A stretch of DNA of 64,000 nucleotides from a phage, in the NCBI GenBank assembly GCA_026683435.1, contig GCA_026683435.1_4866.1; one strand, written 5' to 3'. This document shows, in pieces, positions 56,396-64,000 of the stretch. Each line of letters starts with the position of its first letter. The stretch's first letter is position 1. The translations under genes and the position numbers were made by a program. Below the pieces are notes generated by a model that searched no databases, had not been told where the DNA came from, and saw only the letters and a program-made list of their open reading frames with translations.

Positions 56396-56877
56396 TACAT
56401 CTGGTAAGCACCTACCTTAAAGCCAGCTTTGTCGTAGAGCGACTTCGCGGCAGCGTTACCGGCGTTCACGGACAGGTGAACAACTGTACACCCTTTTTCC
56501 GTTGCGGATTTCTTTACCGCATCCATCAACGCGGTGCCGTAACCTTTACCACGTGCGCTGCTGCTAACGACCAGTGAGGATACCGACATCATCGTCACAC
56601 CCTCTTCAGTCATCGTGCGGTATTGCGCAAAGCCATACAAGACACCGTCGTCCACGACCGCCAGTAAACGACCCCGGAAGCGCTCGGCTAACGATTTAGC
56701 CGGCGTAAAACGGACATTAATACCCGTCTCTTTTCGATAGCTTTCTATTTCGCTTTTGTCCAGCTCGTTATAAAGCGCGAGGATATCTGTGGAATATTTC
56801 CTGCCGTTAGCCGTGTCTGGCCCCACTATGGTAATAATCTTCATCAGTTCACCTCGGCCAGCGATTGCTTCGTCCAC
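56383..56877 (-). CDS. GNAT family N-acetyltransferase
   Basis: 'ARGKGYGTALMDAVKKSATEKG' and 'SLYDKAGF' motifs. Confidence 0.65.
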   Translation of the reverse strand: MDEAIAGRGELMKIITIVGPDTANGRKYSTDILALYNELDKSEIESYRKETGINVRFTPAKSLAERFRGRLLAVVDDGVLYGFAQYRTMTEEGVTMMSVSSLVVSSSARGKGYGTALMDAVKKSATEKGCTVVHLSVNAGNAAAKSLYDKAGFKVGAYQMYWRV

Positions 56878-57977
56878 TCCATTAGACCCTCCGCCACGCG
56901 TACCAGTGCCGTGGTGAATGCGTCTTCCATTGCCATTGCATTGCGATAGCGCAGAGTAGCTTCCTTCAGCTCAGCCCCTTCCAGGTTCTTAAGCTCGGAC
57001 TTCATCGCTTCCACTTCTTCGTAAATGCCGGTGTAACCCACAACACGGTTCTTTGTTCCACGTGCAGCAATAGATTTGATAAGTGCTTCCACAGCCTCTA
57101 TTGCTTTCCCACACTGATGCATATCCAGCGACTTAATGGTTTCACCATACTCACCGTCACGCGCAATTGCCCAACTGACCTTACCACTATGGTGCTCAAC
57201 CACAACGATATTTCCAGGGACAGGAAAAGCTTCCACCTTTTTAAAGGGATCGATGATGCCAAGCAACCCAGCAGCACGCTTAACTGCCCAGTTCGTGGAC
57301 TTGCTGATTTGTTTTAAGCCCGGCCCTTCGAATGCTTTGCTTTTCTTCAGAGCAGTGCGTGTGTAAACCGTGTACTTTTGCACGACGCCTTCGTACGCAT
57401 TTGTTTGTTTAGAAAACTTAACACACGCTTCAAAATCGGGTCGATCTTCAAAGCAAATTTTAGACGTCCAGCTACTCGTGTGAACGTCGACCGCAGCGAG
57501 TGTTTTGTGGTCATCTAACAGCGACATTCGCGTTTTAAGCTTATTGAGCTTACGTTCCATGAAAGCAGCTTTCGAAGTTATTTCTTTCAAACGGTCGGCT
57601 TGTTCTTTCGCTAGCGCTTCCGCGAAATCGTAAAAGCGTAATGCGAGCTTTTTCGAGAGTTTACCCGCGCCCTTTGCGGTTGCACCTAGTCCGGCACCCA
57701 CTAACTTTCCAGTACCTTTAACAGCTTTCGCAGTAATGCGCCCTGCTGCGCGATGGATGCCAGCCCGCGGGTCAGTATCAGTCATAAACTGAGCACGCTC
57801 CATCGCTTCGCGCGATTCACGAGCAACCAACATATCTTCACCGTCGTCGGTTAAGCACCAACGCTGACGAATCGCGCAAACCGCAGGGAAGTCGGGCTTA
57901 ACTCCCAGACCTTCGAGTGCGACCAGGCGATCGTAGTCGTCAGTCAGGACTTCTAAATCTAAATCGAGCGTCGACAT
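56844..57977 (-). CDS. hypothetical protein (377 aa)
   Basis: ORF in the co-directional block. Confidence 0.6.
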   Translation of the reverse strand: MSTLDLDLEVLTDDYDRLVALEGLGVKPDFPAVCAIRQRWCLTDDGEDMLVARESREAMERAQFMTDTDPRAGIHRAAGRITAKAVKGTGKLVGAGLGATAKGAGKLSKKLALRFYDFAEALAKEQADRLKEITSKAAFMERKLNKLKTRMSLLDDHKTLAAVDVHTSSWTSKICFEDRPDFEACVKFSKQTNAYEGVVQKYTVYTRTALKKSKAFEGPGLKQISKSTNWAVKRAAGLLGIIDPFKKVEAFPVPGNIVVVEHHSGKVSWAIARDGEYGETIKSLDMHQCGKAIEAVEALIKSIAARGTKNRVVGYTGIYEEVEAMKSELKNLEGAELKEATLRYRNAMAMEDAFTTALVRVAEGLMEWTKQSLAEVN

Positions 57978-57987
57978 CCCCTGCTCC

Positions 57988-58260
57988 TTACATCTGCGTC
58001 AAAGTATAGTAGTAGTTGCGATGTGGCCATCGAACACACAAGGCAAATATCTCTCCCGTATCCGGCGTGGTGTAAACTGTCTGAATTGGGTCATTTTCTT
58101 GTGGTGCGACTTTCGAATCAAAACCGTGGCGTTCCAGGTAATCGAAGAACTCATCCTCGGAGCCTGGGAACAAGCGAAGGCTAGTCACCTTCTTAATCGG
58201 TTTTGACGGCGTAGGGAAGAATGCTTCCCACAAACGACGAGCTAAACTGGTAGTTTGCAT
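57988..58260 (-). CDS. hypothetical protein (90 aa)
   Basis: ORF in the co-directional block. Confidence 0.5.
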   Translation of the reverse strand: MQTTSLARRLWEAFFPTPSKPIKKVTSLRLFPGSEDEFFDYLERHGFDSKVAPQENDPIQTVYTTPDTGEIFALCVRWPHRNYYYTLTQM

Positions 58261-58290
58261 AATAGCGACCTCTGATTAAAGGCAACGTGG

Positions 58291-58890
58291 TCATAATAAG
58301 CACAAGCTCTCAAGCCACAGATGTCCTTCAAGCGCATGGTGGTAACAAGGAATACCACACTGCTTAGCGTATTTCACGCCCATGGCAGTACCGCCGGTCG
58401 GATTACCTTGTTTATCTAAAGGCGCAGAGTAATAAACTGCGTCTACAGGCGTTGCTAAATCATCGCCCATAATTATATTCAGATTACGGCCATGAAGCGC
58501 CCAGGCGAACTCCTGGAGCTTTTCTGGCGCGGGATGAAGCTTACCTACTATCTCACGATAGCGGTCATCCTGAGGGATTACACGGAACTCTACGTTGGGA
58601 TTCTGTTTCTTGAGCCAGAGCTTTTTCTCATCGGGTAGGTAACAAATGAACTCATCATCCCACGCCACTTTCTTGCCGGTATCTTGGTCTATTGTATTCG
58701 CCCACTGTCGGGCAAATCGGAATTGCAATTGGTCTGGACCACACCAGCAGCCGCCAGAAGAAAAATGAATCGTGTAATCTTTGGCGTGCAGCGCATTAAA
58801 CCCACGTAACAATCGCATGTACATTTCAGACATGGTATCTTCATCAGTCTTCCGAGAACCGATTACCGCAATTTTATAAATCTTTTTCAT
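58291..58890 (-). CDS. Rossmann-like protein, DprA/SLOG-like (tentative)
   Basis: 'IAVIGSRK' followed by 'SSGGCWCGPD' resembles DprA/LOG-type nucleotide-binding folds. Confidence 0.4.
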   Translation of the reverse strand: MKKIYKIAVIGSRKTDEDTMSEMYMRLLRGFNALHAKDYTIHFSSGGCWCGPDQLQFRFARQWANTIDQDTGKKVAWDDEFICYLPDEKKLWLKKQNPNVEFRVIPQDDRYREIVGKLHPAPEKLQEFAWALHGRNLNIIMGDDLATPVDAVYYSAPLDKQGNPTGGTAMGVKYAKQCGIPCYHHALEGHLWLESLCLL

Positions 58891-58924
58891 GGACTTACCT
58901 CCTATACGGAGTGGACGATTCGTA

Positions 58925-58967
58925 AGAAAAAAATAAATACCTACCCTCGCTAAACGGGCGAGGGTAG
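58925..58967 (-). terminator. intrinsic terminator
   Basis: Stem CTACCCTCGC/GCGAGGGTAG, then T-run. Confidence 0.5.
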
Positions 58968-58971
58968 TGTC

Positions 58972-59589
58972 TTAAACAAACTCACGATAACGAAAACCGT
59001 TAAGCTTCGTGATAGTCACTTCTTCTAACAGCTTACGCCCCCAGAAACCAGCCAAGTCGTATTCCAGACCAGGCAGCGTTGTCTTGGTTAAGTCTTGGCC
59101 GATATGGTACGGTAGCGTAATGCGTGTGCGCGATTCGTAAACAAATGATTCACATTCATAGACGAGGACGTATCGATCAGTCGGGATGTCGTACTCTACG
59201 TGGCATTGCGCGGGGTTTTCCCACGCCTTACTTACAACGATGCCGCGTTCTGCACACGCCGATTCAAAACTGACCATTGCAGGTTCAGACCATACGCGCA
59301 AATCGGCCGGTTTACCTTTCGACAAATCAAACCATGTGAGATGTTCAGGCTTCAACGTGATTATATCATTTAAGCTCAATTTGCGGTAACGCACAACCAC
59401 ATAGTCATCTGGCTTACTCTTATTAGTCAGCAAAGCACTTACACGACCGTCCGGTTCCGGTGGACCATAACTCTCCACTCGGATACGTTCTGTGGTCAGG
59501 GGCGTATAAACGGTTTCAGCATTAAAAGCATTGACTAAATCGAGCAAGGTTTGACTATGATGGTGGTTAAAGTCAATAACAAAAGACAT
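58972..59589 (-). CDS. hypothetical protein (205 aa)
   Basis: ORF in the co-directional block. Confidence 0.6.
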   Translation of the reverse strand: MSFVIDFNHHHSQTLLDLVNAFNAETVYTPLTTERIRVESYGPPEPDGRVSALLTNKSKPDDYVVVRYRKLSLNDIITLKPEHLTWFDLSKGKPADLRVWSEPAMVSFESACAERGIVVSKAWENPAQCHVEYDIPTDRYVLVYECESFVYESRTRITLPYHIGQDLTKTTLPGLEYDLAGFWGRKLLEEVTITKLNGFRYREFV

Positions 59590-59650
59590 GCCTCGCTCCT
59601 GGTATTTGATTAAGGGGGGTCATAATACTTCACAGGAAAATAATAAACAG

Positions 59651-59670
59651 TATAGGGGCCGAAGCCCCTA
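59651..59670 (-). terminator. intrinsic terminator hairpin
   Basis: Stem ATAGGGGC/GCCCCTAT with UUCG loop; weaker T-run. Confidence 0.4.
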
Positions 59671-59680
59671 TACGCTGTGT

Positions 59681-60070
59681 TTAATAATCGTACAAAGGAT
59701 ACCGTGCGGAAATTTCTTTACCTACCCAAAAAGTTAACTGGTGGGTATTAACGCTGCGGTGTGTTCGTACTGACGGGACAATTGTCGCTTTAACTTTCGG
59801 CGAACACGTACCGGCATCTATTGGCTGGTACGTCTTGCGCTTTGTGTTAACGAGATAAAAGCCACCGCCCGGACACAGTTCAGAACGCCCGTAGTTGACC
59901 ACGGCAAACTCACCCTTCTCCACTGTCACGACTGGTTCATCTTTGTCGCTAAATTTTACAGGTGCGTCAGTTTCCCACATCGGTTTATACTGCGGGAAGT
60001 CCTGAATGGTAAAGGCGTTTACTGGCGCAGTAACGCAGACTATAAACACAGCTAATACAGCACGCATCAT
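59681..60070 (-). CDS. secreted or periplasmic small protein (129 aa)
   Basis: N-terminal signal-peptide-like MMRAVLAVFIVCVTAPVNA. Confidence 0.55.
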   Translation of the reverse strand: MMRAVLAVFIVCVTAPVNAFTIQDFPQYKPMWETDAPVKFSDKDEPVVTVEKGEFAVVNYGRSELCPGGGFYLVNTKRKTYQPIDAGTCSPKVKATIVPSVRTHRSVNTHQLTFWVGKEISARYPLYDY

Positions 60071-60072
60071 AT

Positions 60073-60549
60073 CTAGTCCTCTTCCAGATAGGGTAGAAGC
60101 CAGTCCATTTTCTCCAAACGGTGAATCATGTTGCGAGTGTTTGGCGATACCTGTAGGGCATCATGGAACTGTTTTTTGAAGTGATGCCAGTGATAAGAGA
60201 AAGGTTTTGTTGGATAGCCCGCTTCCTTGAGAACTTCTTCCCACTCCAACCTCTGGATAAGGTGCTCGTCGACCAAAACCTCAACTAAAGCCTTCCAGGC
60301 ACTCCGACGAAAATGCCGGGACAACCGACGTTTTAAATCGGCATAACTTTTTCTTTTACTGGACCGTATTGCTGGTGATGTCTTACTGTGATGAAAAGAA
60401 CGTCTCGTAAGATTCAGAATCTTAACAGGAGTGCCCCTAAGCGAACTGTCTGCAATATTCAGTTCATGCTGAGGAACAAGCTCCACACGGCGGATGACGT
60501 TTATACGGGTTCCATCCGTATCTCGTGTTTCGTAAGCAACACGTATCAT
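60073..60549 (-). CDS. hypothetical protein (158 aa)
   Basis: ORF in the co-directional block. Confidence 0.55.
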   Translation of the reverse strand: MIRVAYETRDTDGTRINVIRRVELVPQHELNIADSSLRGTPVKILNLTRRSFHHSKTSPAIRSSKRKSYADLKRRLSRHFRRSAWKALVEVLVDEHLIQRLEWEEVLKEAGYPTKPFSYHWHHFKKQFHDALQVSPNTRNMIHRLEKMDWLLPYLEED

Positions 60550-60566
60550 TATACACTCTCGCTCGT

Positions 60567-61052
60567 TTAGACGAAATGACCTTCTGCCATCGAAAGAAAA
60601 ATGGGAACGCTTTCAGCGTAATGAGTTAAAAACTTTTCCTCCGGTGGCGTGTGTGACGAAATAACATTGTAGTTCGTCATACGAAAATACCGTTGGCCGT
60701 CAGCAGCAATATACCATCGGTCAATCTGGAAGCCTTGTTGGTGAAAGAATCCTAGCGCGGGAATGTTGGTCGGGTGAACACGACAGCTGATGTGTTTACG
60801 ATCGGAGTTCTGCTGAAGATACTTAAGCATAAATCTGCCGACACCGCCCCGCCGCGATTCTTCGGGCACTACCATATAGACCAAATGGCCAGGTTCCCAT
60901 GCCATGATTCCCCGCACGATATCATCCTCAACAAACATCGTGAGTTTAATAGGCTCCTCGCGGATACTGTTTAAGTCGCGCACCCATTCAACCAGTTCAG
61001 GATAAACATTCGCGGGAATCTTATCCTCGACCACATTAATAACAAGCATCAC
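60567..61052 (-). CDS. GNAT-like acetyltransferase (tentative)
   Basis: 'ESRRGGVGRFMLKYL' and 'GFFHQQGFQ' motifs. Confidence 0.5.
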   Translation of the reverse strand: MMLVINVVEDKIPANVYPELVEWVRDLNSIREEPIKLTMFVEDDIVRGIMAWEPGHLVYMVVPEESRRGGVGRFMLKYLQQNSDRKHISCRVHPTNIPALGFFHQQGFQIDRWYIAADGQRYFRMTNYNVISSHTPPEEKFLTHYAESVPIFLSMAEGHFV

Positions 61053-61687
61053 TTCTCTCCACTAAGCAGGTATCTGGCTTCTGCCAATGACAGGGACGGT
61101 TTTAACAGCATGTGTAGCGGCAGGATTGTTGAACGGTGAAACTGTGCCGGTGTTTTTGCCAGGTGTTCCAGATAGCGATTGACCGACATTTCTTGCCAAT
61201 CGATAGTAGGACGAACCCAACTTATCTGTAACCATTTCCCCAATGAGACGTCACGCTTACCGCGTGGCATAATTATACTTAACTTGTACCCGTGGTCAAA
61301 CTGACGCGGCGGATGGCCTGGCTCCCAAGGAACTTCGGGACCTAACGCATCTGCAAGAAACCCTTCTTTAATTAACACATTTCTGACGGCAGCGAATATC
61401 CGTCCACGTTGCGCGGTGATCTCTTTGACGTGTGCCATGGCATTTAGTTTACGTTTGGTAATTGCAGCGGAAAGCGCGCTGACAAACTGCCCTTCAACAT
61501 ACGGGGCGTTTAAGCAGCTACGAAACGGCACTACGTAAAACGCCTCCCACAATACTTCTTCGACTGCCGCCAATAACAACGCTTCTTTCTCAGCTGCAGT
61601 AAAATCCACAGACAGCATTTTGGTAAACGAACCTAATATAGCGCTAAACGGTAGTAGTACAGACCGTTGACGAAATTGTAATTGCAT
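61049..61687 (-). CDS. hypothetical protein (212 aa)
   Basis: ORF with 4-nt overlap to the downstream gene. Confidence 0.55.
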   Translation of the reverse strand: MQLQFRQRSVLLPFSAILGSFTKMLSVDFTAAEKEALLLAAVEEVLWEAFYVVPFRSCLNAPYVEGQFVSALSAAITKRKLNAMAHVKEITAQRGRIFAAVRNVLIKEGFLADALGPEVPWEPGHPPRQFDHGYKLSIIMPRGKRDVSLGKWLQISWVRPTIDWQEMSVNRYLEHLAKTPAQFHRSTILPLHMLLKPSLSLAEARYLLSGEK

Positions 61688-61751
61688 TTTTATATTCCTT
61701 TTGGGCCGTGCTTACACAGTAATTTACGTAGACGTAATAAAAAAATAAGAA

Positions 61752-61778
61752 GCCTCTTCTCCAGGAGGAGAAGAGGGC
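61752..61778 (-). terminator. intrinsic terminator
   Basis: Stem GCCTCTTCTCC/GGAGAAGAGGGC, then T-run. Confidence 0.5.
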
Positions 61779-61782
61779 TTAA

Positions 61783-62355
61783 TTACACTTTAGGTGCGGT
61801 AGTCTGTTGCTTCGCGTTGCTCTTATTCAGCTTGTATTCAACAACCTTGGCACCAATGGCCATCGAATTGTAAGCAAGTGTCTTAATCGGCCATGTAAAG
61901 AACACGGCCTGAGCAAACAAAGGTAAGAGCGCCACAATCAGCACATCCGTTAACTCCTGTGGATAATGTAGGTGCGTGTCCCAGGCCATCGCGCCAGTAA
62001 TCACCACAGTGGTCAGCACCAACAAAACGATAAGGACTTTCTGCGGACCTTTCAAATTTGGCCACAGGGTCAATAACGTTTCTTTGGCGAGCTTTTCATC
62101 CATGCTTTCTACGGCGGCTTTTGCTTGCGATTCAAACGTTTTCGCCATGTTCCCTACCTGCTCAAGGATGAGGGGGCGTAAAGAAGTAAGAATCACGTTA
62201 GCAGGTTTAGTGACATCAATTTCAACATCACTTCCCAAAGCGGTCTGGGCGGCTGTTTTTAGTCGGTTACTCTCTTCCAGGCTTAATTTATTGGTGCCCG
62301 CCTGGATAAGAACATCCAACACATCCGTCGAGGCTTCTTGCAAAGACTGCGACAT
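61783..62355 (-). CDS. membrane protein (190 aa)
   Basis: Two hydrophobic helices (VLIVLLVLTTVVITGAMAW, LIVALLPLFAQAVFFTWPI). Confidence 0.55.
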   Translation of the reverse strand: MSQSLQEASTDVLDVLIQAGTNKLSLEESNRLKTAAQTALGSDVEIDVTKPANVILTSLRPLILEQVGNMAKTFESQAKAAVESMDEKLAKETLLTLWPNLKGPQKVLIVLLVLTTVVITGAMAWDTHLHYPQELTDVLIVALLPLFAQAVFFTWPIKTLAYNSMAIGAKVVEYKLNKSNAKQQTTAPKV

Positions 62356-62357
62356 CG

Positions 62358-63008
62358 CTATTTCCTCCGGCGTCTTCCTTTCCGCTTACCGGCCTTAGCT
62401 TTAGGAACTTTAACCTTGGGCGGAAGAAGACTATTTAGGTTTAATAAGTTGACCCTGACGAAGATATTGCCCACCGCCACGGCATCGATACTGTGTTCAT
62501 CCAATACCGATAAGTCGCACCGGGTATGGTTCGCGTAGAGTTTGGTCACCGCTTGTTGCATATGCGATTTATCTGTACCCTTTGCTTCCACACCAACGTA
62601 CGACTTCACAATAATAGGATTAAACCCATGGAGATATTTTTCGGGAAACACGTCCCAAAGCGTTCGCCGCAACATCAGTTGCAACTCCACCCCAGATTCG
62701 TACGCTGAGAGCTTAGCTCTTCGCATGAACGGTGTTTCGGTAGCGACAAAAGTCGGCCTTGCCAGTTTTAAAAACTCACGAAAGCGTTCTTCTAATTCTA
62801 CCAAACGCGCATCGCGTTTCCCTACGCACTCACCAAAAGAGCCATTGTGCGTAGGGTCCGCAACATGAGCCGTGCCCGCCCAGACAACTTCACCTTGAGG
62901 TTGGCCAAATTCCCAGTCGATAACCGCCATCCCAAGATGGGCAGTACCGGGGTCAACAGCCGCAATCCTCACCATACTGTCGGGTAACCTCGGCTCAGGA
63001 ATCAGCAT
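62358..63008 (-). CDS. RuvC-like Holliday junction resolvase with basic C-terminal tail
   Basis: 'IAAVDPGTAHLGMAV', 'FVATETPF', 'KSHMQQAV' and 'DEHSIDAVAVG' align with RuvC catalytic motifs. Start overlaps the stop of the upstream gene (TGATG). Confidence 0.6.
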   Translation of the reverse strand: MLIPEPRLPDSMVRIAAVDPGTAHLGMAVIDWEFGQPQGEVVWAGTAHVADPTHNGSFGECVGKRDARLVELEERFREFLKLARPTFVATETPFMRRAKLSAYESGVELQLMLRRTLWDVFPEKYLHGFNPIIVKSYVGVEAKGTDKSHMQQAVTKLYANHTRCDLSVLDEHSIDAVAVGNIFVRVNLLNLNSLLPPKVKVPKAKAGKRKGRRRRK

Positions 63009-63895
63009 CAGTTAGCTGTCCCTAAGAACCACGGTGCCGGCTGGCCGATACGGATGGTCAGTGACAGACGATCGTTGGTCTGTGCCAGGTTAGTGAACAG
63101 GGAGATGTAGTACAACGCCTGCACACCGATAGCTTCGTCGTAGCTGAACTGTGAACCGGTAGCCGACTCACCCGTTTCAGGGGTATCAACGCCAGAGCAC
63201 AGCGCAATTTCAGAGATAATCGAACTGCGTGGCGTACCACGTAGAATCGCCGTCACGTTCATGTATTCCTGAACATCAAACTCAGTCCATGGAATCACCA
63301 GGTCTGCGCCCGATTCAACATAACGACCGTCGGGGATCTCTACAGTGCCGTCATCGTCGTAATCGTAGTCTGGGAGTTCTTTCGGTACCGGGTTCAGTTC
63401 CGCATCGGTATAGACGAAATCTTTGACGGTTTCAACACCGTTTTCGCGAGTGATATCCAGGTCAGTGGTCTTCACTGCGCGCATGTCGATACGTTTCAGA
63501 TAATACGCCCAGTAATCCCGCGCGCCGATAGTTTCACGAGTACGGAAAGCGTACTGTTTACGTTGCTCATCAGACAAGTCATTATCCAACGTACGCAGTA
63601 CCAATGGAACGCGCGAGAACATCCCTGACGCAATCGGGGATTTCGCGACGGGAACAACGTCTGCCACAACATCAGACTGATCAACGATGTGACCACGGTT
63701 ACCCACGCACATGTATCCTAAATGCGGACGTGTAGCGCCATCGGGAACTTTCGAGGTCATGAGTTTATAAAACTCGTTCATCGTGGATTTCTGTGGGTAC
63801 TGCACGTCAGCACCTGTCAATAACGCGGTCGTAAGTCGCATCGCGTTAAGAGTCACTGTTGACAGTTTACCATCGTAAACTTTGGTGTTAGCCAT
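63008..63895 (-). CDS. hypothetical protein (295 aa)
   Basis: ORF in the co-directional block. Confidence 0.6.
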   Translation of the reverse strand: MANTKVYDGKLSTVTLNAMRLTTALLTGADVQYPQKSTMNEFYKLMTSKVPDGATRPHLGYMCVGNRGHIVDQSDVVADVVPVAKSPIASGMFSRVPLVLRTLDNDLSDEQRKQYAFRTRETIGARDYWAYYLKRIDMRAVKTTDLDITRENGVETVKDFVYTDAELNPVPKELPDYDYDDDGTVEIPDGRYVESGADLVIPWTEFDVQEYMNVTAILRGTPRSSIISEIALCSGVDTPETGESATGSQFSYDEAIGVQALYYISLFTNLAQTNDRLSLTIRIGQPAPWFLGTAN

Positions 63896-64000
63896 TTAAA
63901 AATTCTCCTGGGCGAAACCCGTCGAGTGCCCGTTTAGTTACCAGCTGCGCCAGCTTACGGGGAGTTGGGTCAACAAAAGTAATCGCAATCGTGCCTTTGA
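63888..64000 (-). CDS. 3' end of a CDS whose start lies beyond the window
   Basis: Frame is open from the window edge to a TAA overlapping the next start (...RPGEFLNG*). Hand-derived. Confidence 0.35.
   Translation of the reverse strand, partial: KGTIAITFVDPTPRKLAQLVTKRALDGFRPGEFLNG

Noticed and set aside
1-64000. tRNA genes, integrase/recombinase, IS elements, attachment sites
   Set aside because: No cloverleaf-like conserved tRNA sequence, tyrosine or serine recombinase motif, or terminal inverted repeats were recognised by eye. The window looks like part of a virulent phage genome.

Overview
This window reads as part of a large virulent tailed phage genome (about 45% GC, enterobacterial-like codon usage; no integrase, tRNA, CRISPR or IS element seen). 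Positions 1-12.4 kb are transcribed rightward: a 1727-aa tail-fibre-like protein, a coiled-coil fibre-associated protein, then an unusual cassette of three paralogous Cys/Ser/Gly-repeat small proteins followed by two radical SAM enzymes (one SPASM-type) and three unassigned proteins. After a bidirectional terminator at about 12.41-12.45 kb almost everything is leftward: a cell-wall module (M15-like peptidase, DUF1353-like protein, GH108-like endolysin), two large fibre-like proteins, a 13-member paralogous fibre-associated family including a tandemly duplicated three-gene cassette with a decayed pseudogene copy, and a long block of mostly small early-type genes (Dam methyltransferase, four or five GNAT acetyltransferases, dTMP-kinase-like, RuvC-like resolvase, PP-loop ATPase, DUF488, HTH regulator). 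Intergenic regions carry many hairpin terminators with CGAA/GAAG loops (UUCG on the leftward transcript) and a conserved upstream motif present in at least five copies. The best candidate for a previously undescribed system is the Cys-repeat peptide plus radical SAM cassette (7019-12392), which looks like a phage-encoded RiPP-like maturation locus. All functional calls come from motifs read by eye; no database search was run.
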